A stretch of 64,000 nt of DNA from Trypanosoma brucei (taxonomy: Eukaryota): assembly GCA_000002445.1 (NCBI GenBank), contig CP000070.1:2016001-2080000 (forward strand). Direction: 5' to 3'. Each line of letters begins with the position of its first letter. Within the stretch, counting starts at the first letter, position 1. This document shows positions 22,461-32,169 of the stretch, in pieces. The position numbers were made by a program, and so were the translations under genes. The notes under the pieces were generated by a model. It was not told where the DNA came from. It saw nothing but the letters and a program-made list of their open reading frames with translations, and ran no database searches.

Positions 22461-24749
22461 TAGAAGCCGCGCAGCAAATGCCCAGAAAGCGAAGCTCAGT
22501 GAAGTAAATACCGTAACTCTATAGATACGCCTGGCGCGAGCACGCATTCGTGGCTCGCTTGCAGGTGTACGTCCCACCTGTCCTTCATTGACACCGTCTT
22601 TACGCCGCAGACAGAGGTGCGGCACTATTCGACTCAGGGAAACAGGTGGTGAAGAGCACAGTGAATCCTGAAAACCTCCCAGGAACGTATCATCCGATTC
22701 CCTTTCGTGGTGCAGCGTACTCAAACGGGAAGAGCACAATCCAACAATCCGTGGATCTCTGGCTGGCGTATCTGAAAGCTCGGGGCTGTATGAAGTGGCG
22801 CCAAAACTTCCTAACCGACTACTCATTGTTGAAAGCTGCTTTTCTAGCCACTTGTTACGTACAGTTAGCCTCCTTACTTTTGCCAGTAGTTCGGCCTTCG
22901 TCTCCGTACGACCCACGACAGGTCGGTTCTGCACCCTCTTGGCGCATTTAGCAAACTGTAGTGTTGAAAGGGTTTCGGTTGCGTCCTTTAGATCCGGGGA
23001 TATGGTGCAGAGGAGCGCTGTCACGGCATTCCCGCCGATACTTTCCTGCAACAACCGTGTGAGTTTAGAGTCACGATACGGTATGTGCACGGCATCCCCT
23101 CCCTTAGGGTTCGTGGTGAGTTTCCTAATAACATTCCCCAGCAGAGTTAAGGAAAGATTAATGTGTCGTGCCTCTTCTAGTCGCTTTCCGTTAGCCTTCG
23201 TATCGGCTACCCTCTCGGAACCGGCCAAGTCCACCAGAGTCGCTAATGATCGAATTTCTGTTATTACTAATGGCGGCTGCGGTGCTAAACCCAACGCGCC
23301 CTGACCCTTATTCACCACAGGTGCCTCCCGTTGCCGTAATGCAATGTAAAAGAATAGATGAGAGCGCCCACTCCGCTGGTTCACTGCTGTCGAACCGACA
23401 TGACGCTGCACTGCTGCCCATTTGAGAACATGTAGCGCTTCCTCGGCATCACGCACCGGATGCCATGAAAGGCCTTCCACAACAACTCCCACATTTGCAA
23501 CGTCCCGTATTTTCAGTGTGGCACTGGACGCGGTGGATTTGGCGCGACGGGAGGCCGTACCAACTGCGACCCGATTCTGACACACTACCCCTTTTGCATC
23601 GATTGATTGGCCCCCAGCCCCCGTTTCATTGGTTGTGTCGCAGCCCTTTTTGGAAGTTTTGGGTTTCAAAATAAACTGCAATAAATCGTACATGTCTTCC
23701 TTGTAGATTTCCATTGCACTCACTTCCACTGCATAACCCCACTCGCGTGCAGGTTGTGAGGCCTTGCCCCCAGACATTGCTTCCGTTTTTCTCATCTGAC
23801 TTCGCTCCTGCTCTGTGGCCGTGGTTGCCGAGGACGTTTGATGTAAACCCTTGTTTTCCAACCGAGCAAACAACTCCTGCAGCATTCGCGGTAATATCCC
23901 CGCCTCATCCGGGTCAGCCAAGCGCTCAGGCAAGCCACCCGCAGGTCCAAGCATTGTATGAGTTTTACCGCTTCCGCTCTGTCCATAGCAGAGGATAGTT
24001 CCATTGAATCCTTCCAGCACATTCTGCAGAATAGGGCGACCGACGCGGTCCATTATTTCGTTCTGCGTGGTGTCACCTCCGAGTACGGCATCGAAGGCGA
24101 AGAAGCTGCCGCGCTCCTCTATTTCCCGCTGCTGCGAATTGCTGTCGAAGGGACTCCCAGAGGCGAAACCCTGAGCCTTCGGCTGCACACTAAACTCTTT
24201 CGGAGGGGGCACGTATTCAATTAAACCGTCTTCCTTGTGCAGCCGGCAACAGGTTGGTTTTACAGAGCCACGGAGTGCTGGTCGTACACGAACCGAGACG
24301 TTGATAGTTCCGCGCTTCATAGTGAACACCGCTGGGGTGTTTTTCGCGCCAACTAAAAGAGACGCCGCCTCTGTCTTTGGTGTTACCTGCGTATTTAGGC
24401 CGTTAACAGCGGCACCCCCGTACATTGTTTGGTCACTTTTCGTGAAGTCTGTTACTCCTGTTTTATCTGGGAGCTGCTCTACCTCAGGTGCAACGTGTAA
24501 ACTCAAGCGTCCCCCAAGAGAACTCAAATTCGACGGCAGGGAGCAAAAAGCCGGTTTGCTGAGGCGCGGCGTGTAGTTATCAGGTGCTGGTGTCTCTTCA
24601 AGGAATGAGGAGCTTCCAGGGACACTGTGAGGCCGGTGAAGAAAGTGGCTTTTCTCTAGAAGATCTGCACCAACGGAGGGGCAACGCTCTATTGTCCCAA
24701 GGGAGGGTTCTGGCATGGGAATAGTCGAATTTAAATGAATCCCATTCAT
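22317..24749 (-). CDS. kinesin motor protein
   Basis: Motor-domain signatures are present: P-loop GQSGSGKTHTM, switch I NQRSGRSH and switch II DLAGSE, plus LLGNVI and a neck/coiled coil (LLAKVRRLTVRNKWLEKQL). The motor is central and has loop insertions. The last 48 codons and 3' flank lie in repeat segment B. Confidence 0.8.
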   Translation of the reverse strand: MNGIHLNSTIPMPEPSLGTIERCPSVGADLLEKSHFLHRPHSVPGSSSFLEETPAPDNYTPRLSKPAFCSLPSNLSSLGGRLSLHVAPEVEQLPDKTGVTDFTKSDQTMYGGAAVNGLNTQVTPKTEAASLLVGAKNTPAVFTMKRGTINVSVRVRPALRGSVKPTCCRLHKEDGLIEYVPPPKEFSVQPKAQGFASGSPFDSNSQQREIEERGSFFAFDAVLGGDTTQNEIMDRVGRPILQNVLEGFNGTILCYGQSGSGKTHTMLGPAGGLPERLADPDEAGILPRMLQELFARLENKGLHQTSSATTATEQERSQMRKTEAMSGGKASQPAREWGYAVEVSAMEIYKEDMYDLLQFILKPKTSKKGCDTTNETGAGGQSIDAKGVVCQNRVAVGTASRRAKSTASSATLKIRDVANVGVVVEGLSWHPVRDAEEALHVLKWAAVQRHVGSTAVNQRSGRSHLFFYIALRQREAPVVNKGQGALGLAPQPPLVITEIRSLATLVDLAGSERVADTKANGKRLEEARHINLSLTLLGNVIRKLTTNPKGGDAVHIPYRDSKLTRLLQESIGGNAVTALLCTISPDLKDATETLSTLQFAKCAKRVQNRPVVGRTETKAELLAKVRRLTVRNKWLEKQLSTMSSRLGSFGATSYSPELSDTPARDPRIVGLCSSRLSTLHHERESDDTFLGGFQDSLCSSPPVSLSRIVPHLCLRRKDGVNEGQVGRTPASEPRMRARARRIYRVTVFTSLSFAFWAFAARLLCMFVPSVRCLPAPVEEVFIPVADCPACMTVPLRRSRATQSESCETSL

Positions 24750-25820
24750 ATTCTAACGCCGCGTGACGAACCAATGTAATGTTTGAATGTATATAAGTGA
24801 AATATGTTTATTTGTACTTCCCGTTCTAGCAGATGACAAGGACTACCACTACCACTACCGCACTTCACAACTACTAATATTGAAACTATAGTTACCTATG
24901 TCTTAAGACCAGCCGGCCAATGAAAGTTATCGATCTATATATCTATATCTATAGATATACAAAAAGATAGACAAATATAAACAAAAATATATAAATACGT
25001 GAGTTTGCCACCTCCCTATTATTGTTGTCCTTTTTTTTTCTTCTACTTCTCCTACTTGAGCAAATAAAACAATGATCAAGTGAGGAAACACCGGGTTCAG
25101 CGGTGCTCACCCTCCCCTTTACTCTACCACTCGAGGTGTATTAAAAAAAAATTTATACGAAACTCTACGCTTTAAGAACTACTTCCCTATATTTTCCCTC
25201 AACGAATCCCCAAACAGTCAAGGGCCTAATAAAATGCCTATGTGCGTCTCCTTTCCTGTTAAAACAAAAATAAACACGTTTGCCGTCAAGTATCCGAATG
25301 GGTATCACCGAAACGGCCAAACCCTCACGATGCATCAGTGGTGGTGGAGATGTCAACAAAGAGAAAAAGCAGTGGGAACAAACGTAGAAACAAAAAAAGA
25401 GGAGATGGAAGTGAGAGAAGAAGCAACCAAAGAAGCACATGCATATACACGGACACAAGTTCACACATACACGTATATGGGCTGGGGAAAAATTACTGAC
25501 TCCTACGTCGTTAACGCGCGAATAAGATAAGGATTGGATGTATATATTACAACGTTATTGGTAGTTACTACTCTTTTCTTTAAGTATTCCCTCTTCTCTT
25601 CTCTTCCTCCCTTTCCTTTTCTTCTCTTTGCTTCTGCCGCTGATATACACACTAGCGGCAACCATGAATGTCCCAACTCCATTTCATACTTGTGCGTATA
25701 TGACAGGGTTGCGTCTGCTCACCGTGCAATCATAAGCCTATCCATGATCCCCATACTGTTTTTTTTTTAAAAAATGCACACAAGCGCTTTAACGTGATGA
25801 TGAGTACGGATCATAATGCA

Positions 25821-28352
25821 TCAGCAGCCGGAAGTAATCACCTCTGACTTACCCGACTTCCGCATCACACGCACTTGTGTTGGATCAAACCCCCTTTCCT
25901 TCGACTGAAACACGGCCCACGGAGGGGTGGGCGCAGCATATTCCGCTGCAGTGAAGTCCCGCCTGCCGCTACGTGCCAACTCGGAAAACTTGTCGTAGTC
26001 GATCCATGTGTGCCATACGCCATCGATAAAGAAACGCCGTAGAGATATGAGAACGCAACAACTATGCTCGTGCTCGCACGCAATCCGATATGGTCCACAT
26101 AACGAACTCGTTGTCATGCCCCCTTCCACATGCGTCTCCGCACCGCTTTCAGCAGCGGCTACGGCGCCTTGCTGCTCCTCAACAATGTCTCTTCCTAACC
26201 ACATGCGTTTCTCCTTTGGCTCATTTGATGTCGCCAACTGCTGGCACAGCGCCTCACAGAACTCTACCACCTCCGTGTGACGCGGTACATTATCCTTCAT
26301 GGTGAGTGTTGATGTGCTACTCGTTCCGCAGTACGTGACTCCTTTCACTTCAATGAAGTCAGGCCAACCGAGTCGCACCAGATCGGCATAAGCTGACACA
26401 TTCTCCGTATTGTATTTATTCACGAGAGTCAGCCGAAACACCGTACGTTGAGGTTTCCGGCGCAGTTCTCGCACACAGGCGAGGCACCGCTCCCAATAGT
26501 CTTCGAACAGCGGGCGGTCAACGCGCTGAAGTTCCTCTGGCGTTGGTGCATCAATCGACAGATAGAGTTGCGTGACTGGCTTCAAATCCCGCAATTGCTC
26601 GGGGAATTGCGCGTTTGTAACCATGAAGGAAGAAATGTTCTGCTCGTGGAGTAGGTCAACGAAGGTGTTAATCTCCGGGTACATGATGGGCTCTCCAACG
26701 AGTGAGAGGGCGCAGTGCCGAACGTTAAGTGCTTCCTCGAGCCGCTGCGGTGTTACGCCCGGGACACCGCGCATTTGCTTAACCATCCGCCTATGTCCGG
26801 CGAGGCCCCCTTCAATTAACTCACGTGGAGGATCGACCTTCCAGCGAAATGAACGCCCAACCGGATTGGTGTGATGACGCCAGCAAAACACGCATTTGTT
26901 CGCACAGGCTAAACTTGGTGTCATTTCCATACACTGGTAGGATGCAATATTGTAGAAGGTATGTTTGTAACATCCACCACGGCCACGCAGCATGGCTTTG
27001 GTCCAACGGCACAGTTTCACTCCGCTGTGGGAGCCCACAAGGTGGTAGCCTTGCCGCTGTAAATTCTCCCGAAGGCGGGGGTACAAAAGCTCCGGGGGCT
27101 CTCCGTTGGTTGTGGATGAAAAATAATCATCACCCTCACCCACGATATCTTCCACATCTTCTGCATCACCGTCATCGCTATTATTATTATTATCATTTTT
27201 ATCATCATTGTTATCACTGTTTTCACTATCACTGTCACCATCGTCACTCCCGCATCCCTCCGATGGGTCTCCATTTTGACTGTTGTGATTACCACTGCCC
27301 GAGGTCACTGCTTCGTCGTCCTTCACACATTCGCCACCGACGCTTTGTTCCTCCTCCTCATTGTTTTTGTTATTTAAACGGCGGTTCAAACTCTGCGCCC
27401 CGTTCATTGATTTCTTCTTCATAACCGTTACTCCATCCGCAGTGAAAGCGGCCCGTCCAATCCACTTCACTAAAGCAGTGGAGAAGACATGAAAGAGTGT
27501 TGTGGTATTTGACTCACTCGCATAGACGGGTGGGATTACGAACTTTCCGCCGAGGCCTTTACACCATGTATACAAGTCCTTAGCGAAACGATTGAATTTC
27601 TCAGGTCCGTATGCAATGTCACCCAATCCGAATATAGCGAAATTTACTCCTGCAAAGACGTCACGCGGGACGCGGAAGTCCAAGTAGGCATCCTTCAGCA
27701 TGGAGGCGAAGCTGTGCGATGGCTCAGGTGCGGTGCCACCAGTGTATGTACTAACAAAGAAGACAACAAGCCCATAAGCCCCGCTTTCCAGCAGGTGCTC
27801 AGTGCTGCACTCTGTTGCTTCTTCCTTAAGTTGAAGTAGTTTTATTTCAGGTGCTACGCCGGCCTTGGGATCACGGCTACAACAACAAGACACCCCTGAA
27901 GCGGCGTCCAGCACCAAACTACCGCCGCAGGTCCCGTAGGCCGAGCTGTTCTCATGCAAAGCTAAATTTAGCATAGAGATGAGTTTGTTAGATAACTTGT
28001 ACGAGGTATTGGATTGCGTCGCGTATGCAACAAGAATTTTCTTCCTTTTCTGTTGCTTGCCACAGGTTTCTACATTTTCGCTGGTGATGACATCATCATT
28101 AGAGGAGCAGCAACGACAACTGCTGCCCTCACCAGCATCACGGCGATTCGGTATGATGCTTTTCCCATTATGAATTTGTGCGCCCGCAGTTGTTTGCGCC
28201 GCCTCTGGTGGTTGATCCTCAACTGACCGCCTCCGATGCATAAACCACCGAAAAAAAATAATGCCGACAAACGTTAACACCCAACAGCCAACGAGAAGAT
28301 CCCCCGGCGTAACGGATAGCAGCTCCATTGTGATGAGCGTTCGGGCGTACAC
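25821..28352 (-). CDS. TYW1: tRNA wybutosine-synthesizing protein 1 (4-demethylwyosine synthase; flavodoxin + radical SAM)
   Basis: N-terminal flavodoxin-like domain (KKILVAYATQSNTSYKLS, VVFFVSTYTGGTAPE). Acidic Asp/Asn/Ser linker. Radical-SAM cysteine triad CANKCVFC (CxxxCxxC). TYW1 hallmark blocks HLVGSHSGVKLCRWTKAMLRGRGGCYKHTFYNI and LSLVGEPIMYPEINTFVDLLHEQNISSFMVTNAQFPEQL. Confidence 0.8.
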   Translation of the reverse strand: MYARTLITMELLSVTPGDLLVGCWVLTFVGIIFFRWFMHRRRSVEDQPPEAAQTTAGAQIHNGKSIIPNRRDAGEGSSCRCCSSNDDVITSENVETCGKQQKRKKILVAYATQSNTSYKLSNKLISMLNLALHENSSAYGTCGGSLVLDAASGVSCCCSRDPKAGVAPEIKLLQLKEEATECSTEHLLESGAYGLVVFFVSTYTGGTAPEPSHSFASMLKDAYLDFRVPRDVFAGVNFAIFGLGDIAYGPEKFNRFAKDLYTWCKGLGGKFVIPPVYASESNTTTLFHVFSTALVKWIGRAAFTADGVTVMKKKSMNGAQSLNRRLNNKNNEEEEQSVGGECVKDDEAVTSGSGNHNSQNGDPSEGCGSDDGDSDSENSDNNDDKNDNNNNSDDGDAEDVEDIVGEGDDYFSSTTNGEPPELLYPRLRENLQRQGYHLVGSHSGVKLCRWTKAMLRGRGGCYKHTFYNIASYQCMEMTPSLACANKCVFCWRHHTNPVGRSFRWKVDPPRELIEGGLAGHRRMVKQMRGVPGVTPQRLEEALNVRHCALSLVGEPIMYPEINTFVDLLHEQNISSFMVTNAQFPEQLRDLKPVTQLYLSIDAPTPEELQRVDRPLFEDYWERCLACVRELRRKPQRTVFRLTLVNKYNTENVSAYADLVRLGWPDFIEVKGVTYCGTSSTSTLTMKDNVPRHTEVVEFCEALCQQLATSNEPKEKRMWLGRDIVEEQQGAVAAAESGAETHVEGGMTTSSLCGPYRIACEHEHSCCVLISLRRFFIDGVWHTWIDYDKFSELARSGRRDFTAAEYAAPTPPWAVFQSKERGFDPTQVRVMRKSGKSEVITSGC

Positions 28353-29034
28353 GCAGGGGGAAAAACAAGACAGTTACTGTGAGGATCGAGAGAAGATAGT
28401 GCGCTACAGTTTGTCAACCTTTATTAGTCGTACTTAAAGCAAAAAAGAAATGTTGCGTGCTTTATTATTACCACACACTTCGTCTTTCCACTTTAAATCT
28501 GCTTCCTTCACCCTCTCTTACTTCAGGTACCCTTGACCGGAATACACCCACAAGCACACACACAAGCTTTCTCTCACCCTGATTACCTTGTCCCGCCCTT
28601 GACCTTCCGAGAGCAGTTTCCTTCCTTGGCTTTGTTAAGTTTTTTTTTTAAGAAAAAGAAAGGGAGATCGTTGAAGAGAGAAAGAGACTGGAGCTCCGCA
28701 ACACGGCACCAGCAGCTCATTCGTACGGGTATGTGCTGCGCAGTTTTTCGCCGCGTTCTTACGAAATTCGTTTCACCTGACTCCTCCTTCCTTTCCATAT
28801 TCGCGTTTTTCCCTCTTGTGCTTCTTCTTGAAGATCACCCCCGTTTGAATCAAACATTACGAGGCGTGCTGGGGGTTAATTCACCCCTGCCACCACCGAT
28901 AATAACATGGAGAAATCAAACAAACAGAGCACCGATGAAACACAAACAACTGCAGAAAGATTTTCTGCCGTACACTTACAATCAAAGCAAAGAGACCACT
29001 GGTGTTACCGTGGGCGACGGTGGTGGCGTAGGTG

Positions 29035-29985
29035 TTAACGTTGAGCGAGCAGGTCCAGAGCAGATCGTAGCATTTTACATGCCACCTCGTGATCGTAAAA
29101 CTGCAGTGCACTAACCGCTTGCTTCGCGTAGTTTTGCGCCTCAATAATGGCGTCCATAGTTGGTCCTTTTGGGGCTGCGACGCCCGACACAGCGGCTGCA
29201 ATGTTGCTATTGTCATTACTGTTGTTAGGCTGAGCAGTTGTTTGAAACAATGGAGTGGATTGTTGTTGCTGCTGCGTGCTTGAGGTGTTAGTTGATTCGG
29301 GACCACTCCACATGGGTGTCTCTGGAGGTTCATGCGATGGAGGAGGTGGTTGAGGTGTCACATATTGCGCTGACCATTGTCCGTAGCCCGGCTGCTGCGA
29401 CTGCACGAAATTTGTGCTGAAGCCACCACCACCAGTACTCTCTCCTTCATGTTCTTTATTGCTTTCTACCATTCCCCCTGTTCTGTTGGGACTCACATAC
29501 GGCACACCTTTGTCCATCGCCTTCTTCATCTCAACAGCTATGTAGCGTGCATAGTCCCGCTTCTCCGTTGCAATAGGGTCTAAAGTACCGTCGTCTGTGA
29601 ATTGCGCCGTTGCCTCGAAGAGGAGCGAAGCAGTGAAGAAGAGCCGCACAAGGTTCATATTTGCCACGACTCCATCACTTCGCTCCTCATCGTCCGCTCT
29701 CGAAAATATTCTTAGTGCGTACTGTGTGAGCAACACCCGCCCGTCCACATCAGCGAGTTCCTGCTCCAGCCTCTTTTTCTCAGACTCAAGTGTGTCAAGA
29801 AGCTTCACGATAAACGCTTTGCCGGGGCCGTCTTCTTTGCGCCACATCTTCATGGCGAGGTACACAGCATGCGTCCTGAGGAAATACGCGACGACGGGGA
29901 CCCGCTCTTGAAATTCATCAGCTCGCTGCAGGAAAGGGCGAATGGAAGAGGCCCACTCGCGGGGGACTTCATCTGCTAAAGACAT
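29035..29985 (-). CDS. VTA1: Vta1/LIP5-like protein (Vps4 / ESCRT-III cofactor)
   Basis: N-terminal block IRPFLQRADEFQERVPVVAYFLRTHAVYLAMK matches the Vta1 N-terminal domain pattern (PYL.RA.E....PVVAY.C). Central Pro/Gln-rich linker. C-terminal MDAIIEAQNYAKQAVSALQFYDHEVACKMLRSALDLL resembles the VSL dimerisation domain. Confidence 0.5.
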   Translation of the reverse strand: MSLADEVPREWASSIRPFLQRADEFQERVPVVAYFLRTHAVYLAMKMWRKEDGPGKAFIVKLLDTLESEKKRLEQELADVDGRVLLTQYALRIFSRADDEERSDGVVANMNLVRLFFTASLLFEATAQFTDDGTLDPIATEKRDYARYIAVEMKKAMDKGVPYVSPNRTGGMVESNKEHEGESTGGGGFSTNFVQSQQPGYGQWSAQYVTPQPPPPSHEPPETPMWSGPESTNTSSTQQQQQSTPLFQTTAQPNNSNDNSNIAAAVSGVAAPKGPTMDAIIEAQNYAKQAVSALQFYDHEVACKMLRSALDLLAQR

Positions 29986-30402
29986 TCACTAAAGAGGCTA
30001 AGAGGACTTTAAAAAAAAAAAATGATAATGAAAATAATAACAATAATAATAAAGGATGGAGACTCATCGCAGCGCACAGGGGTGAGATGGGGACATGCTC
30101 ATGATGAAACAACACCGCGTGGCCGCTGCTCCTTTGAGCTTAGTAGTGAAGTACCTAGGCAAAGCAATAAAATACGCTCCGTTTCAACAAGGGGATAAAA
30201 GATTCTATGGTGGGGTGGTTGTTGGAAGGCACAAGTAAAACAGGGCATGCACATGAACATTAGTGCATATACCCCAGAAATGTGCGTTTCCACGCTCCCA
30301 CCCCTGTTGCGTCTATTCTACTCCTTTTCAGGCCTCAATCTACACCTGTAAATATCTATTTGTGTCGCTAAGCAGCCGTGGCTGTTGCCTTCTCGCGCTT
30401 TA

Positions 30403-32169
30403 TCATATGCTGTGCACAATCCTCCCTCTTGATGGACGACCCTCCAACAGCCTCCGTTCTTTTTCTGCCCGCATTTGCCGAATCAACTCCCTTTCCACTT
30501 TGATCCGCTGCAGCTGCTCCATTTCCCGCTCACCTCGAAGTATCGCGCTTCGCAGCCGCGCTAACCGCTTTTTCAGTGCATAACAACGTGCCTCGCCACC
30601 GTCCTCGCGCCGCCACAACCGCTCGTCGTTTACGGGGTAGCTCTGCAAAAGCAATTGCTCCTGCCCTTTCAGCAGTTGTAGGCGTCGCTCTGGGTCTAAT
30701 GTCCGGTTTGTTAAAATATCGCGCTCCTCCCATTCGTCCATTAAACCCGCCGAATCAGTGCGGTCGTCCCTCCACGCGGGTGGTTTGAGGTGGACACCGC
30801 TGTTGCTGCGGGAATATCTGACCGCATTTCCTTTCTTATAGTCGCTGCTGCCACCATCCCACGGTCCGCAGTGAGTTCCATCACCATTGTAAGTTTCAGT
30901 ATGATCTACATAATGATGGCCTATTTGCGCCTCACATGGTGTGCCTATGAAAGTAGGCGCTGACCTGCTGGTGCGGACAGATGACATTTTTTTTCTTATG
31001 GTGGCTTCGTCGGCATGTGGGGATGATGTGGGTCGGGCGCTACTTCCCCAATCACCTTCAATACTCATCGCTTCCATGAGAGGATTGTAGTGGTGGTAGT
31101 AGTAGTCGCTTTGGCCCCCATTCTCTGAAGAAACATCACCACCGCAGTCGCTAGTGCCATCATCAACGATTTCCACGTCTATGGTGTCTTCAATGGGCAA
31201 GTCATGAATAATATTTGGCGTAATCGAGTTATCAACAGAAGGCCTGGCGGTGTCCGCACACACGTGAGAGTGTTCTGACATGACGTCCCTGCTTTCGCTT
31301 TGTTGCCGTGACGGCTGTAGATCCCTTTCAGCAGAGAAATCACCTAATATACCCTCCTTCTCCTCATTGCTCAAGCCTGCACACTGCTCCGTGCGACCGC
31401 ATGCACTGCTTCCTTTCTCTCTCGTTAACTCTTTCTCATTTCTATCCGTGTCACCATTCATTTTGACGCCCACGAATTTGTTCATTTCGCAAAGAGTAAA
31501 TGCAAGCACGGGCGTTGTGGCCTCCGCGATGCACAGCGACAAGTGTTGAACCAACACATGTTCCTTTTCGAGTGGTGTCCCTGGGGGAAGTGCGACATCG
31601 CGGTTATTACTACAACAAGCACTGCCATCATTGCTGCCAATGTTGTGGACATGTTCCTCGCATTCCACTTTCTCCTTGCCCTCCTCCCCATTCTCCACTA
31701 CCGCGTCGTGGATGCCGAGCAATTCAGAGAGCAGTGGCTGCATTGTGCGATGGAGAAAAAGAAAATCTGCCAGCGTTTCTTCATCTGGGCTCGACTCAAA
31801 CCTATCGAAAGCCTTGTGGAGCTTTTGGAATATCTCCCGCACTTTACCCTGCAGATGAGCAAAATACATCACCCAGAGCCGCCGCATGTCTTCACAAAAG
31901 CGTGTGGCCGCGTCCGCCGCAACGATGGCGAGTGCCTCCGTTAGTTTCGCTTCCAACTCCCTTTGGGCGCTGGATGGCAGGGGTTTCTGTAACACCTTTG
32001 TTTCTTTACCGCTAGCTTCTTCTTCCCACTGCAGTTGTTGTGACTGGAGGTCCTGCGGTTCCAAACTTGCGTTCCCCAACAATTCCATTGCCACCGGAAG
32101 TATAAAAATATATATCCTCCTCTGACTTGGGCGAGGTGGGCGTGATGAAACTCTGCCCGTGTCTTTCAC
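30403..32169 (-). CDS. hypothetical protein with C-terminal coiled coil
   Basis: 588-aa minus-strand ORF. The acidic/Ser-rich middle has no recognised motif. The C-terminal heptad-like basic region (LQRIKVERELIRQMRAEKERRLLEG) suggests a coiled coil. The first ~25 codons look UTR-like, so an internal start (MELLGNAS) is possible. Confidence 0.45.
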   Translation of the reverse strand: MKDTGRVSSRPPRPSQRRIYIFILPVAMELLGNASLEPQDLQSQQLQWEEEASGKETKVLQKPLPSSAQRELEAKLTEALAIVAADAATRFCEDMRRLWVMYFAHLQGKVREIFQKLHKAFDRFESSPDEETLADFLFLHRTMQPLLSELLGIHDAVVENGEEGKEKVECEEHVHNIGSNDGSACCSNNRDVALPPGTPLEKEHVLVQHLSLCIAEATTPVLAFTLCEMNKFVGVKMNGDTDRNEKELTREKGSSACGRTEQCAGLSNEEKEGILGDFSAERDLQPSRQQSESRDVMSEHSHVCADTARPSVDNSITPNIIHDLPIEDTIDVEIVDDGTSDCGGDVSSENGGQSDYYYHHYNPLMEAMSIEGDWGSSARPTSSPHADEATIRKKMSSVRTSRSAPTFIGTPCEAQIGHHYVDHTETYNGDGTHCGPWDGGSSDYKKGNAVRYSRSNSGVHLKPPAWRDDRTDSAGLMDEWEERDILTNRTLDPERRLQLLKGQEQLLLQSYPVNDERLWRREDGGEARCYALKKRLARLRSAILRGEREMEQLQRIKVERELIRQMRAEKERRLLEGRPSRGRIVHSI

